Notes under the pieces: generated by a model
Database searches by the model: none
What the model saw: only the letters and a program-made list of their open reading frames with translations
Told to the model about the DNA's origin: nothing
Assembly: GCF_006345805.1 (NCBI RefSeq)
Contig: NC_042999.1
Span: 72,478,001 to 72,542,000, forward strand
Direction: 5' to 3'
DNA: 64,000 bases
Source: Octopus sinensis
Lineage: Eukaryota
Shown: piece by piece, positions 1 to 13,680 of the stretch
How positions within the stretch are numbered: the stretch's first letter is position 1
How the letters are laid out: every line of letters begins with the position of its first letter
Program-made: the position numbers and the translations under genes

Positions 1-61
1 GGACCTTGTTTAGTAGGGGATTTATGTACAGTGATGTAATATATAAAAATATAAAAGTTTG

Positions 62-1909
62 TTATGCGTGCATATTAAGACGCGTTTTGTATTTTTCAAT
101 GAAAAAAGTTTCTTTATTTAAGCGTTCTAGTTGAGAGATTGTGTCTTTGCACTGGTAGAAAGGGAATACTGTAAAATTTGGTTTGATGTTACCTGCACAT
201 TTTTCTATGTCTTCACTAAGAGGAATTTGTCTGTATTGCGAGAAACGGATTTGCTCCTTATGCAGAGTGATTCTCTTCCTCAAAGTTAAACTTGTTTGTC
301 CAATGTACTGATGACTGCAACCCGAGCAGGTTATTACATAAATTAGGTTCTCAGAGGCCCAGGTGAAACTAGTTTTAATTGTGAACCTCTGTCCTTGTTT
401 GAAAAGGAAATCCGAACCTTCAAGCAGGTTGGGGCAGGTTCCACAGTTCGGGCGTCCACATTTTTCAACCGTTGGTTTCGTGGTTGTTTTGTAAAGCTTC
501 GCATTTGTTAGTAGTCTCTTTAGCGATTTGTCTTGTTTCTTGCATTTGATGAGTTTGTGTGTTTTCAGGATGTCGTTCATTTTTGGATTTCTAGTTAGTA
601 AAGGGAGAGTTTGCACAATAGTGTTGAATGCCTCACTGTTTCTGGGGTTGTGTGTTGATATAAAAAGTAATGTTTTGGTTTGAGGTGTGGTGCTATGTTT
701 TTTTGTTCTTAGTGTTTTTGTGTCTAATTGTTTGGCACGTTTAATTCCCTTGTCGATAAGAGAGGGTGGATATTGTCTTTCAATAAGTGTTGTTTTGAGG
801 TCTTGAAGACGAAGGTCCCGAATTGTTCTATCAGACACTATTGTGCAGATCCTGTTTGCTAAGTTAAAAGGGATGGTTATTTTTATGTATTTCGGGTGGC
901 ATGAGTTAAAAAGAAGATATTGTTTTGAGTCAGTTGGTTTATAATAAATGTCAGTTATGATTTCATTGTTAACTTTTTTTATCATGATGTCTAAAAATGG
1001 AAGTTGTTCTTTATTATATTCCATTATGAATTGAATGTTACTATTTATGTCATTTAGTGTTGTTTTGAAATCCAAAAGTTTGTCGATGTTCTCCTTCCAG
1101 ATGATAAAACAGTCATCCAGGTATCGCTTCCAATTTTCTCTTATGTAGAGGTAAAATGGGTAACCATATTTCTGAAGTGATACTTCATATAAGGTGAATT
1201 CAAAATAACCCATTATTAGGTTCGCAAGAACAGGAGCTGCTTTCGTCCCCATCGCAATTCCGCATTTCTGACGATAGTATATGTCATCAAATAGGAAATA
1301 ATTGTTCTGAAGTATAAATTTTAAGGATTCAATAATAAAGATCTGGTTTATGCGTTCCGGGAGGACTTCGGAGTACTTTTCCAACCAGAATTTAATTGCT
1401 TTTATTCCATAGTCATGGGGGATGTTGGTGTAAAGATTGATAACATCGAGGGTGACCAATACTGCCGCTTCATTAATCGTTTTTGGTAGGTGTTCTAACA
1501 TGTCTAAATCATCCTTAATGAAGCTTTTGATGTATTTCAGCAAGGGTTTCAGTAGGATGTCTAGAAAATTGCTCAGTCGGTGGGTTTCACAGGCTGGCCC
1601 AGCTACAATGGGTCTTAAAGTCAAGTCTTCTGACGTTTGGATGTTTTTATATTTGCCTGGTGATTGTTTGCAGGCTTCATTGATTATCTTGCTCTTGTGT
1701 ATTTTAGGGAGGCCATAAAAAAGACTGGGTTTACATTTGAAGTTCGTGATGTAGTCTGTTTCTTTTTCTGTCAGGCCTTTTCCATGTAGAAGAATTAAGG
1801 ATGCAAGATTTTTCATGGTTTTTTGTTGTTTATAGTTTATAATTTTTTCGTAGAAGGCCTCGTTTTCTAATATGGAAAGTACTAGCTTTTTATAGTGTTC
1901 TGTGTCCAT
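62..1909 (-). CDS. Penelope-like element ORF: reverse transcriptase plus C-terminal GIY-YIG endonuclease, 5'-truncated
   Basis: 615-aa ORF with PLE RT motifs (LRPIV, LDVINLYTNI, GIAMG, RYLDDCF, LPFLD) and a GIY-YIG domain (CGRPNCGTC, NLIYVITCSGCSHQYIGQT). Upstream, homology continues in a decayed frame (LKNNTDLTIKEAYKGSAVVL) to the (AT)n tract at ~1991. Confidence 0.93.
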   Translation of the reverse strand: MDTEHYKKLVLSILENEAFYEKIINYKQQKTMKNLASLILLHGKGLTEKETDYITNFKCKPSLFYGLPKIHKSKIINEACKQSPGKYKNIQTSEDLTLRPIVAGPACETHRLSNFLDILLKPLLKYIKSFIKDDLDMLEHLPKTINEAAVLVTLDVINLYTNIPHDYGIKAIKFWLEKYSEVLPERINQIFIIESLKFILQNNYFLFDDIYYRQKCGIAMGTKAAPVLANLIMGYFEFTLYEVSLQKYGYPFYLYIRENWKRYLDDCFIIWKENIDKLLDFKTTLNDINSNIQFIMEYNKEQLPFLDIMIKKVNNEIITDIYYKPTDSKQYLLFNSCHPKYIKITIPFNLANRICTIVSDRTIRDLRLQDLKTTLIERQYPPSLIDKGIKRAKQLDTKTLRTKKHSTTPQTKTLLFISTHNPRNSEAFNTIVQTLPLLTRNPKMNDILKTHKLIKCKKQDKSLKRLLTNAKLYKTTTKPTVEKCGRPNCGTCPNLLEGSDFLFKQGQRFTIKTSFTWASENLIYVITCSGCSHQYIGQTSLTLRKRITLHKEQIRFSQYRQIPLSEDIEKCAGNIKPNFTVFPFYQCKDTISQLERLNKETFFIEKYKTRLNMHA

Positions 1910-1986
1910 CAGAACTACAGCACTTCCTTTGTAAGCTTCTTTAATTGTCAGGTCGGTGTTGTTTTTTAGTTAAGTCAGATTTTTCG

Positions 1987-2100
<114 letters not shown>

Positions 2101-2294
2101 AACCAAAACTACATGTGAATCGTTGGCAATTTTCTTCCTCCGTCTTCCCTTCTATTGGACTGTTCTCTGTTTCTGAAGAAGAGCGTCTGCTCGAATGTTA
2201 AACCATCTTTCCTTTTCTGAGCATCTGCTAATATATTACATGTGCCACGTCCTCGCGTTGTTGCTTTTTGTGTTTGTTCTTTGGGATTTACTAT

Positions 2295-2341
<47 letters not shown>

Positions 2342-2555
2342 TTGGGGAGAGACCATGAAATTTAGATAGACTTCGTAAAATCACGGGCACACAAACCATA
2401 ATGAGAAAGGTAAATGCCTCATATGATTTCATTTTTATTTCTAATTAAAACCATAATAATAACTGCAATAGTGAAAAATGACAGAAGGTGAATCGCTAGC
2501 GTTTTACAACTACAAAGAACATACAAATAATTAGCTATGATTTATTGAATACGGT

Positions 2556-2811
<256 letters not shown>

Positions 2812-3151
2812 TACACAGTTGAATAAATATAATGAGAAGTTGTTAATGTAGCATGATGATAGCACGCTACATTGAGAGAGACGTGAGGTGTATAGTAAAT
2901 GATTGACAACCAACAATTCTTGTTTGACTATATATTACAAAAATTATACAGATTGTATGATCTTTCTGAAGGTGAAACAACTTGGACCTTGGAAATCAAT
3001 CAATGCCTAAAATAAATTATGAGCTGCAGTAAAAGGCAAATATAAAATAGAATAAATGAGTGAATATGAATAACAAATAACTGATTTGATTATCGCAAAC
3101 TCGCAACAAAAGTTCCATTTCTTAGACCGTCGGTGTATAGGGCATTGTTAA

Positions 3152-5711
3152 TGTTGTGGCGAGAGTTAAGACCCTCCTAAGAGAATAGAATGACTGAAAG
3201 ACTATAAGTAGTAGCGGTTTGAGTGAGATAAAGAGACAGAGTAGGCGTTAATCGCAGGACGTTGTAAGGTGTTGCTTTGGCAGTCTGTCAGAATATCGTT
3301 TGTTGGTTCGTGTATAGTTCGTGGAGAGATTGTTGTATCGTTACGTTGTTGTTACCTGCTTCGTTATTTATTTTATTGTTACTACACGGTTATGGTGTAA
3401 AAAAAAGTATCGTTATGACAATTGGTGATACAACAATATTAGCGACGAGGATTCGAAGCTCACGCAGGTCAGTTAACAAATTTTTGTGATACAAAGTTGT
3501 TAATTATGGAAGACCTATTAGCTTCTACAATACAGTTACAAAAGCAACAGCAAGAAAAACAACAGGAGTTGCAGCCAGCAATAACTACAACAGCACAGCA
3601 ACAAGAGTCGAACATCAGTACTCACGAGTCGAACAACAATACTCAAGAGTGGAACAATAATACTTATGAGCCGAACAACAGTACTCAAGAGTCGAATAAC
3701 AGTATTCAAGAGTCGAACAACAGTTGCTGGAATTAATAAAGAAGTCCGGAAGCACTATAAGTTAATTTTCAACAGACGGCGTATAACAGAACTGTATAGC
3801 AGAATTCAGTTATAACCCAGAGGAGGGTATAATGGTTGCGGAATACTTAAGAAGGTACGGAAAAATCTTCAAGGAAAATTGCAAGTCGTGGACCGACGAG
3901 GAAAAAGTAAGACCATTATTACAGAAATTAGTGCCGGCTGAGCATGAAAAGTATTGTGATTTTTATACTACCCCCCCCCCCAAAAAAAAAAATTAGTGAA
4001 ATTTGTTTCCAGGAAACAGTCGAATTACTATCAAAAATGTTCAATGACAAGAATTCCCTATTTAACACTCGATGGGAGTGTTGGAATCTAGTTAAAAAAG
4101 AGGATGAAGACTTTATCACGTATGCCGGGACCGTAAACAGAACGCGTGAAAGGTTTAAACTGAAGGCTAATTCGAAAGAATGCAGAACCGCTGAAAGATG
4201 CGGTGATAGCCGCATTACAAGAAGAAAGGGAAATTAAAAGCACTATGTGTAATGGCATTCAGGAGAGTGACTATACAAGATATAAAAAGTCAATCAGCGG
4301 AAGACAAATATATCATAAAATTGAAGGCAACCTTGAAAAATAAACAAAAGAGAAACACGAATGCGAACCATTTTTCACTCTGCGACGATGTAGTAATGTA
4401 CGCACAAAGAGTGGTAGTACCAACTGCACTACAGAAACGTGTATTACATGAATTTCATAGTGGACACCCGAGGGTATCAAGAATGAAAGCCTTGATGAAG
4501 AGTTAATGTGTTTTGGCCGACAATGGACCAGAACATTGAAAACTTGGTAAAATCACGTAGAGGTTGTGCGCTAGCAGCCAAGGCACCACCGTTGAAATAC
4601 CAATCGTGGCCTGAGACTGATAGTCCATGTTCCAGGCTATATAGAGACTACGCTGGACCGGTGAAAGGCGCCTACTACTTGATCAGTGTTGATAGCTTTA
4701 CCAAGTGGCCGTAAGTATGTAGGTGCAGTCAACCAACCTCGAAAGCAACAATAAAGTTCCTGCTCGGGGATTTTGCTCAATACGGTGTTCTGGACACCAT
4801 AGTATCGAACAATGGAACACAATTTACAGGATACATGTTTACCCCGCCCTACCACCCGAGATCAAATGGGCAGGCAGAACGATTCGTAGACACTTTTAAG
4901 CGAACACTAAAAAGCAAGGAACGAGTTAGGAAATGACGAAGCGCTAACTCAAACCTTAAAGGTGTACAGAATAACGCCCAGTTCGACAAATAGTTGGCAA
5001 AGAAAAAGACGTATAGATAAAATACAAAACATTCAACAAAACATTTTGATGTGGGAGACAAAGTCCATTTCAAAATATACAAGAATGATAAAGAAGCTTG
5101 GGAGGACGGTATAGTGACTAAAAGAATTGGAAGCATGATGTATTTAATAAAAATCTAACGATGGGAGCATAAACGATACCTAAATCAATTAAAAACTAGA
5201 AACACAGAAGAAAGGCAGGACATTCCAATGGAAATGTTTTACGACATGTTCGATGTGCCAGCGCCAAAAGAGATTGAGCGGAGTAGTAATAAAAAAACAA
5301 ACAGACTGAACATTTAGAAATAATTCCTAAGTGGAAAAGGTATTGAACTCCCTAGGAAATCAAAACCTCAAAAAGGGCGAGGTGTTGGAAAGGAAAAAAA
5401 TAATAACAGTAAAATAAAATAAATTTCGTTTCCTGCGGAAGTTGAAATCTCAAAAGGGGAGATGTTGCGGCGAGAATCACGACACTACTTACGAGAATAG
5501 TCTGACTGAATGACTATAAATAGTAGCGGTTTGAGTGAGATAGGTGTCGTTTTGGTAGTTTGTCGGGATATCGTTTGTCTGTTCGTGTATACTTTGTGGA
5601 GAGTTTGTTGGATCGTTACGTTGTTGTTACCTGCTTCGTTACATATTTTATTGTTACAACACGGATACAGTTTTTAAAAAAAGTATCGTCATAATAATTG
5701 ACGATACAACA
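3152..5711 (+). mobile_element. Degenerate, internally deleted Ty3/Gypsy LTR retrotransposon
   Basis: Related LTRs at 3152-3435 and 5463-5711 (TGTTG...ACAACA). 5-bp TSD GTTAA at 3147-3151 and 5712-5716. PBS-like TTAGCGACGAGG after the 5' LTR and polypurine tract AAAAGGGGAGA before the 3' LTR. Gag remnants and integrase remnants (LHEFHSGHP, VDSFTKWP, SNGQAERFVDTFKR); no RT/RNase H seen. Confidence 0.9.
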
Positions 5712-7149
5712 GTTAAATTTCTAAAAACGAAGAAATTAGATGTTAGACCACTCATTTTGTCGATGGAAGCGTTGCTTAGCGCCAGGTCAGTTCACATTGA
5801 CCGGCCTATACCAGCCACAATCCTTCGTCATGTGTGGTAGAGAGTATTTTTGATTAATTTATCTATGTGTCGTTCACCTTTTTTTAAGACGGTGAAAATC
5901 GATTTGATGGAAAGTCCGTTGTTTTAAGTCTTAATATCCATGTTGAGGTGTCTTCCTTGACGAGTATCGCTCATGTTGTTGCTTCGGCTCATATCAGCGA
6001 GGTAATTGACATTCTTTCAGACTACATTATACCATGTAGCCTTAATTTTTTAAACCTGTAGGCTGTTATTTGCGTTACTATTTCGAGCAGGATGTTCAAC
6101 TAAATGGAGACTCTCTAACGACGCTAACACTCAATTTTTTTCCAAGAGCATTAGCAAATGAAATGATGCTGAAGGTTATGCTGTCAATTTTGATTTAATG
6201 GAAGCAATTTGGCTGCAACCATGCAGTCATTTCCTATACACAGTGCCTCCGTCCTCCCCGCCCCTAGGAACGTTATCCAATAGCTCATTATTTTTTAAGA
6301 TGGTGGAACATGATTTGAGAAAGATGTTGCTGATATTTCTAATAAATCAAGTGTCCCTATAGAAGATCCCTCATCAGAGGAAGTTAATAAGAAGTTGTGG
6401 CTTTAAGTCTTTCTCAAATGTATTACCAGTACTAACGAACTGGAATTACTTCAGCAAGGAGTCAAAACTGGATTGTCGATTTGGTTGGTTGAATGATAAC
6501 CACTCATCTTTTGCCGGTACAAAAAAAAACAAATGTAGGCAAAGAGCCTTATAGTAGGATATTAATTCCCAGCAAATCAGTTTGATTTCGGGTTGTTGAA
6601 ATTAATTCACTTTGTTATCGCTTAGTCAAAGTTGAATTGACAGTGCTCATATCTCTGTTCAATGTCTCTTAAACTAATGTAACGAAAGTAGTAAATTATC
6701 CTTAGACCAAAGACGTGTCCTGAATACTTAGAATAGGGTGGCATAGGACAAAGCCAACCAAGGGCCAGGCTGTGGTGTCTACCACCCAAGAATAAGAGTA
6801 ATCTCTCTGACGGGTTTCAATACAGTTTCTGGCTATCGAATTTCATTTGCAAGACATTGGTCAACCTAGTTTAAGGTACGAGTCACTAACCCAAAATCTA
6901 AGGTAACGAAATCGAAAACGAAACTACGCAATTGCGAAGTAAACATTTTAACCACACAGTCATCTTACACCCATAGTTTACAACTGCCCTGTGGAATTAC
7001 TGGTATTTAATTTTCATTAACACAGGATGGATGAAAGGCAAATTTTACCCAAGTATCCCTAATTATTTTGTAACCACGGAATGAGTGCCTATGGCTTCGA
7101 TGAATTTTCATCAAACGCACCAAACTTGAGCCATTTTGCCTAAGTCATC

Positions 7150-7333
7150 GCAACATTCTTCACCTATTTTACATCAAATCATTTTATCTCTTATTTCTGG
7201 CAGCCTCCCTCTCCTTTTATTATCTGCCATACAATAGGGTACATCCCGAACGAAGCTCTCGTTTCGTAGATGTATCACAACCATCTCCATCACAATAATC
7301 TTACAAAGTAATCAATTGGTGTTACATTAACCA

Positions 7334-7399
<66 letters not shown>

Positions 7400-8290
7400 G
7401 CATACAATGACTTTGCCACCTAATTCCAAATATTCGACGTGAGGTTTTTATGTTCAAAAGTTAAGAAATTAGTGTCAGGTGTAGTGATGCTCTGCCAAGA
7501 TCGATATCCAAATAATGATATTGATCTAGCCAAGGATATAAATATAGCCTATGGTTGTTCTGTTGCTTTAATTCTTTGTCCAAACTTTAAACTAAGCGAA
7601 CCATTACATGCCACCATAGTTTCCAAATACTTGAAGAGATTTCTGGTCTTTATTATTTCTCCTGCTCGATTGCAATTTGATGGATGACATAATTTATATT
7701 CATCATTTCAGTTTTTAAACCGTTAATAATCAAACCAATATACTTCTGTCTTTTATAAACTATCCAATATTTGTTGTATTTCTTTCGTTATTCATGCAAT
7801 CATCACCAGACCAGCAGTATAATTGAGATTGACTAGCATCATATTACCCCGTCTATATTATTGCACAAACTCCTGGCTGCAAAACTTTTTCCATCACATA
7901 ATGAGTCACCAAAATAAAACTAGTTTTGGCAATACTTGTCATGAAAATCTTCTGGAAATCAACAAAACATAGGGTTACTAGCATTCTCAGTTTTTCGTCA
8001 GTTGTATAGAGACTTATTACAAAACTTTGATAACCACATCATTTCCTCCTTCTGATACCTGCTTACTTGTCCTCAGAATCTTATCAACATTAGTTTCAAT
8101 TCTACTTAAAATATCTGCAGAATACCTTCGTGACCATAGGTGATAGAGTAATACCCCTTCAGTTCTCATACTCACACAATTCTCTCTTTTTATGAATCTT
8201 GATTTTAGTTCCTTTCCTCTGTCCTTACAAAATAAATTTGGACGTTTCTGGACAGGCAACATCGAAATCAGACTAATTATATCGCAAATG
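7150..8290 (-). mobile_element. Highly decayed non-LTR (RTE-like) RT remnant
   Basis: Minus strand translates to broken RT motifs resembling ENYRGITL..KVF..ILSRIETNVDKILR..QAGFR; many stops and frameshifts; boundaries approximate. Confidence 0.55.
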
Positions 8291-9944
8291 ATAAATGATA
8301 TAAACCATTCCTCGTTATAAAAGGAAGTACTTGAATAACATTGGCCAAGTAAATAGAGAAAGAGAGAGAAATATCAGATTGGTTTATCAGTCCATGAAAG
8401 AAATCACGAGCGCAAGAAAAACAAATAGCTCTCATTTAGAGATATACCGGGGACCTTTTGAGTAAAGATTTTAAAAATTGAATAGATGTAAAAGCATTTT
8501 GAAGCAGTATTAAACATTAAACATACCACTTCTACAAAATAAGAAAATATCCCTCTGGGAATATGGTCTGTATATTGAAACCGCTAAAACCACGGTGTCA
8601 CAAAAGTTATAAAGCAATTTTTAAGCAATCAACTAGCTTTCAGTTGTATATCAGATTTTATGTCCTACTCCAGTCGTACTAAGATATATAAGTTTGAAGC
8701 CAGCAATTATCGAGGTCAGATAACATCATAAACTCATGAAATGTTTAATTGATAGAAGCAAAAAAATTATTTGGGTTGAATAGATCTTCTGCATAAAACG
8801 ATTTAAATTTTAGTGCAATATTTTTGCTTCATTCAATCAATTTCTGTTTGAACAATCATTCAAGTTTAAAATTGTCAGATTATCAATACACCCAATGTAA
8901 CGGAGTAATGTAGTCACACAGAATGCGTATAACCTTCAATTACTTTGTAAGTTATATGCAATAATACTTGATAGACTTTCAATCGAATGTATTAATTTTT
9001 GAACAATATTGAACAACGTATGTAGAGATGCTTTTTCAGAAAGGGAAAGGAGTGAAAGCATTTAAAATATGTCAGCCAAAATTTTCAGATGAGGCCACAA
9101 ATGAACAATCAGCAAAGCACTAAGCTGTTGATTACTTATTTTTGTTTATTCTATGTAATAAATGGTTGAGGCGATTCATTTTGCAAATCTAAACAAAAAG
9201 AAAAGTCTGAAAACTGAACAACATCGCTATTAATATAATGGGACTTTTGCAAACTATATAGAATATGATGCCATATAGATGATATTGGTTAATAACTCAT
9301 TTTCTATGGAAACTTATAAACAAAAATTTTAATTTAAATTTCAAATTTTGCCCTTACCCGCTTGTTATTTGAGTCAAAAATTTCGTAACACATTCAACCA
9401 AGAACCTTTCAAGTTGTATTGATATATTGAGGTGTTGCATTTCAACAGATCAGTAAATAAAAAGTTTAGAGATTTTATGAAAACAGTTTCCATTCACGCT
9501 CATTTTAAAATTTAATTGAAAGCCATCGTGGGTTAGAAACATATTAACAAAGAAGTAATATACTTATTTCTTTTTCTCAGGTAAGGCCTGCCAAAATTGA
9601 TGCGCCTCTTTTAAACTTGTGCGCCTTAGAAACCGTCAAATATAGAATATCGTTCACACACACGTACATATGTATATATAAATATATAAATATAAATACA
9701 TATGAGTGTATGCATTCATATATGTATGTACGTATGTATGTGTCTATGTATATCTATGTGTGTATGTATGTGTATATATATATACTACTACTAATATAGG
9801 ATGAAATTTTTTTCAGAACAAAATTCATCAAAAAGTGGCAGCATATTAAAATACCTTTAAATGTTAAAATTATAAACAACTTATAAACAAGGGTAAAAGA
9901 AATTGGTAATGGAAATCATTTTTCTTTTGCCCTTGTTTATAAGT

Positions 9945-10010
<66 letters not shown>

Positions 10011-10729
10011 CACTCTGTGTGTTCTGTTATTATTGTTTGTGTGTATATTACAAATAACTAAGTATTAACTGTATAGGCGAAGTGAACGTGCACAGACACA
10101 CGCACACACGCAAAGCATATATACGTACATGCACATTCACAAATGCCTGTACACAAACGCGTACACTCAAACACGTACTCGTATATATGCGTGTATGTAT
10201 ATACATACACACATGCATACATACATGGCATACATACGTGCATAACTAACAGGCAACTATTTAAAACTTCAAAGCATTCTTTAAGCTATATATTTGGGCT
10301 TCTTCCCATTACCAATGGCTATATATATTCTTATATATGCTATTGATATTAAAAGAGTAAGCATAGACAAATTATGAAATCCTTTGACTGTGTTGCTTTC
10401 ATTTTTTTTTCTTGTTATCTTTATTTCTACACCTCTCTTAAAAGGATTACATACAAGTATTTAATTATTCGTTGGATTCAATTTGCAGGTGGTGTTTATG
10501 ATAATAACAATTACAAAACCCACATTTGCAAGTAACCATTGATGTACTAATAATAGTAATAGATAATTCTAAAGAACTTATATTGGTGACCTCCTGTGTG
10601 ATACAGTAAAAGACAGACTTCATTTACAGTGAAACATAGTTAAGCTCAAAGGGATTTAATGCAGATTAGTGTTGAGCAGCAGTAATTACAAAACAGTGTT
10701 CGTAAAATGTTGATAAAATTGATTTCAAT

Positions 10730-11640
10730 TTTTGGCATAAATCCAGCAAGTTCGGCAGAGAGGATAAGTCGATTACATCGACACCGGTGCTCAACTGATA
10801 CTCATTTTATCAACCCTGAAAGAATGAAAGGCAAAGTCTACTTCGGTGGAATTTGAACTCAGAACATAAAGTCAGGCCAAATATCACTGAGCTTGTCCAG
10901 CGTGCTCACGATTCTGCTAACTCGCCACTTTGTAACGTATTGATAATATTAATCTCTTTATTGCCCACAGAGGGTTATGCTGAGAGGGGACAAAGAAGGA
11001 CAGACAAAGGGATTGAGTCGATTACATCGACCCCAGTGCGTAACTGGTGCTTAATTTATCGCCTTCGAAAGGAAGAAAGGCAAAGTCAACCTCAGCGGAA
11101 TTTGAACTCGGAACGTAAAGACAGGCGAAATACCTATTTCTTTACTACCTACAAGGGGCTAAACACAGAGGGGAGGTACAAGGACAGACAAACGGATAAC
11201 GTCGATTATATCGACCCCAGTGTGTAACTGGTACTTATTTAATCGACCCCGAAAGGATGAAAGGCAAAGTCGACTTCGGCGGAATTTGAACTCAGAACGA
11301 AGCGGCAGACGAAATACCGCTAAGCATTTCGCCCGGCGTACTAACGATTCTGTCAGCTCACCACCTAAATTCCTCACTGCAATATTATCAATACTTTTGT
11401 AAAGTATTGATAATATTGCAGAGATGAATTTAGGTGGTGAGCTAGTAGAATCGTTAGCACTCCAAGCAAAATTCTAAACGGTATTTCGTCCGTCTTTACG
11501 TTCTGGCTTCAAATTCCGCCGAGGTCGACTTTCATCCCTTTTGAGGTCGATAAAATAGGTACTAGTTGAGCACTGAGGTCGATGTAATTGACTTTCCTCC
11601 AAAATTGCTGGCCTTGTGCCAAAACTTGCAGCTATTATTG
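10730..11640. mobile_element. Cluster of tRNA-headed SINE family A copies (three minus, one plus)
   Basis: Recurrent body TCGATTACATCGACCCCAGT...GAAAGGCAAAGTCGACCTCGGCGGAATTTGAACTC with a B-box-like GAGTTCAAATTCC on the sense strand. The same family recurs at ~22620-22840, ~54020-54190 and ~20275-20345. Confidence 0.8.
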
Positions 11641-11977
11641 CTGTGAGGAATGAACTGTCTCATGTTTCGTTTCTTTGCCTTTCAAAGAATTATCCTTACA
11701 GATAACAAAATTTTATTAATAATTTACGATTCATAAAAATGTATAAACCTTATAGGCTAACTAACAAGCGGAAATTGCCAGCAAACCTGATTCACCAGGA
11801 TCTTATCAGCTCTTGCCTTGCCTCATCGGTGTTGTTTAACCCTAAATCATTTCCGATCAAGCAGATTAATCATCACCAGCGCGTTACTAGATTTAAATCT
11901 TCTAAATTCACTTCAGCAATTTAAAAGTTACCATTCAGCTCGCTGTAATTACGTGACGAATAGACGAGTGAACTACT

Positions 11978-12335
11978 CTTTTACTCTTTTACTTGTTTCA
12001 GTCATTTGATTGTGGCCATGCTGGAGCACCGCCTTTAGTCGAGCAAATAATACTTATTCTATCGGTTTCTTTTGCCGAACTGCTAAGTTACGGTGATGTA
12101 AATACACCAGCATTGATTGTCAAGCGATGTTGGAGGAACAAACACAGACACACAAAGATATACACACATATGTATACATACATATATACAACGGGCTTCT
12201 TTCAGTTTCCGTCTACCAAATCCACTCACAAGGCTTTGGTCGACCCGAGGCCATAGTAGAAGACACTTGCCCAAGGTGCCATGCAGTGGGACTGAACCCG
12301 GAACCATGCGGTTGATAAACAAGCTACTTACCATG
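11978..12335 (-). mobile_element. SINE family B copy
   Basis: Near-identical ~350-bp sequence (TTTACTCTTTTACTTGTTTCAGTCATT...CCCAAGGTGCC.CGCAGTGGGACTGAACCCGGAACC) recurs at ~54575-54925 and ~57535-57910. Confidence 0.8.
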
Positions 12336-13459
12336 TTTCATTCGCACAAGAAGGACTTGGATAACCGTTTGGAAGACAAATAAGCTCCTCCAATTGGTCA
12401 GAAAAGGAGTGGAAGTTACCAGGCCGATAACGCCTTCCCCACCCCACACCCGATATTTTGTGTACCTTTACAAGAGTTCATACTGCTGAAGCTATTCGGA
12501 CCAGATCTCCGATTCACTCTCTAACCATACTCATTCCTGTAGAAACTGGTCTCCGGATGCCTGTTCAAGTTGGGCAATTTCACCAATCCGGAAAGACCTT
12601 AAAAAAGAATTGTCCAGTTGAGGAGGAAACTGCTGTGAGGAGTTGAAGATTGTGAAAGATCCGGTTTGTCTTTTTTGCTAATATATACCTCAAGCCTCTC
12701 AGACCCGTAAAAAGATGCTCAGTTTGACTTTTGAAAGTTTGATGACAGCAGGAAAATCTATGAATTGCTTCAGATTCACAATATGTAAACGAGGTTTTTA
12801 GGTCTTTAGAACCCATTGGGACTTTGGTTGAACTCTCTACGATTCATTTAGTCGAAAGCAACAAACTTGTAATGGAACTTCTACACGGTCGCTTTTAGAA
12901 ATAGCAGTCAAAGCTGTCTCAAATTTCACACATCTACCTTTAAAACAAGAAAGAGAGAGAATATATGGGTAATATAGTCCACTTGCGAAAGAAAATAAAG
13001 CAAATGATCGTGGATAGAATGCTTTTCATCAAAGCACTGCTTGACCAAGTCTAACCTTGTGCTAGATAGCAACAAAAGGCAGAAACTCTCAGCAGATTTG
13101 ACTCCCCAAGATTGTATCCCCTCTTGCTTTATGGCTGTTCTTTAGTCTCATGTCATATCTGATCAAGTAGATCTATTATCATAAGGCATTTCTGTCGTGA
13201 TTTTCCCGTCTTTTTCTTATCTTGTATTTCAGTTACAGTGTAATTACATTATCCAAAGTCTCCTTTGTTGAAAGGGCAGGGTGTGATTTGAAGAAAATTG
13301 TGATACTCTTTCTAACAAGTCGAGTCAGTACGTAGAAGTTATTCCGTCGGCTTGTCTTGCTCTATGGTGCTTACTACAGATATTAAATTAACTAGACCAA
13401 TGATGACGAGTCATTTTAGCCATGCATATCGGAATTTTAATTTCTTTAGTCTTATTAGG

Positions 13460-13680
13460 TGGAGACGCATAGCTTAGTGGTTAAGGTGTTGGACTCATGA
13501 TCGTAAGATTGTGGTTTCGATTATTGGACCGGGCAATGCGTTGTGTTCTTGAACAAAACATTTCATTTCACATTGCTCCAGTTCACTCAGCTAGCAAAAA
13601 TGAGTAACCCTGCAACGGGTCAGCATCCCGTCTAGGTGGGGTATATATACACACCATGGAAACCGAGACTATATGACTCA
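13460..13680 (+). mobile_element. tRNA-derived SINE family C copy
   Basis: A-box-like TAGCTTAGTGGT and B-box-like GGTTTCGATT head. Related fragments at ~52960-53065 (minus) and ~55880-55990. Confidence 0.65.

Noticed and set aside
2169-2203. Hammerhead next to the Penelope ORF (CTGAAGA A GAGC-GTCT-GCTC GAA TGTT)
   Set aside because: The GAAAC core is damaged; probably a decayed inverted pseudo-LTR motif, so not called as a functional RNA.
10482-10540. Possible small host exon (TTTGCAG...GTAACC)
   Set aside because: Splice-like signals only, a weak donor and no homology evidence.
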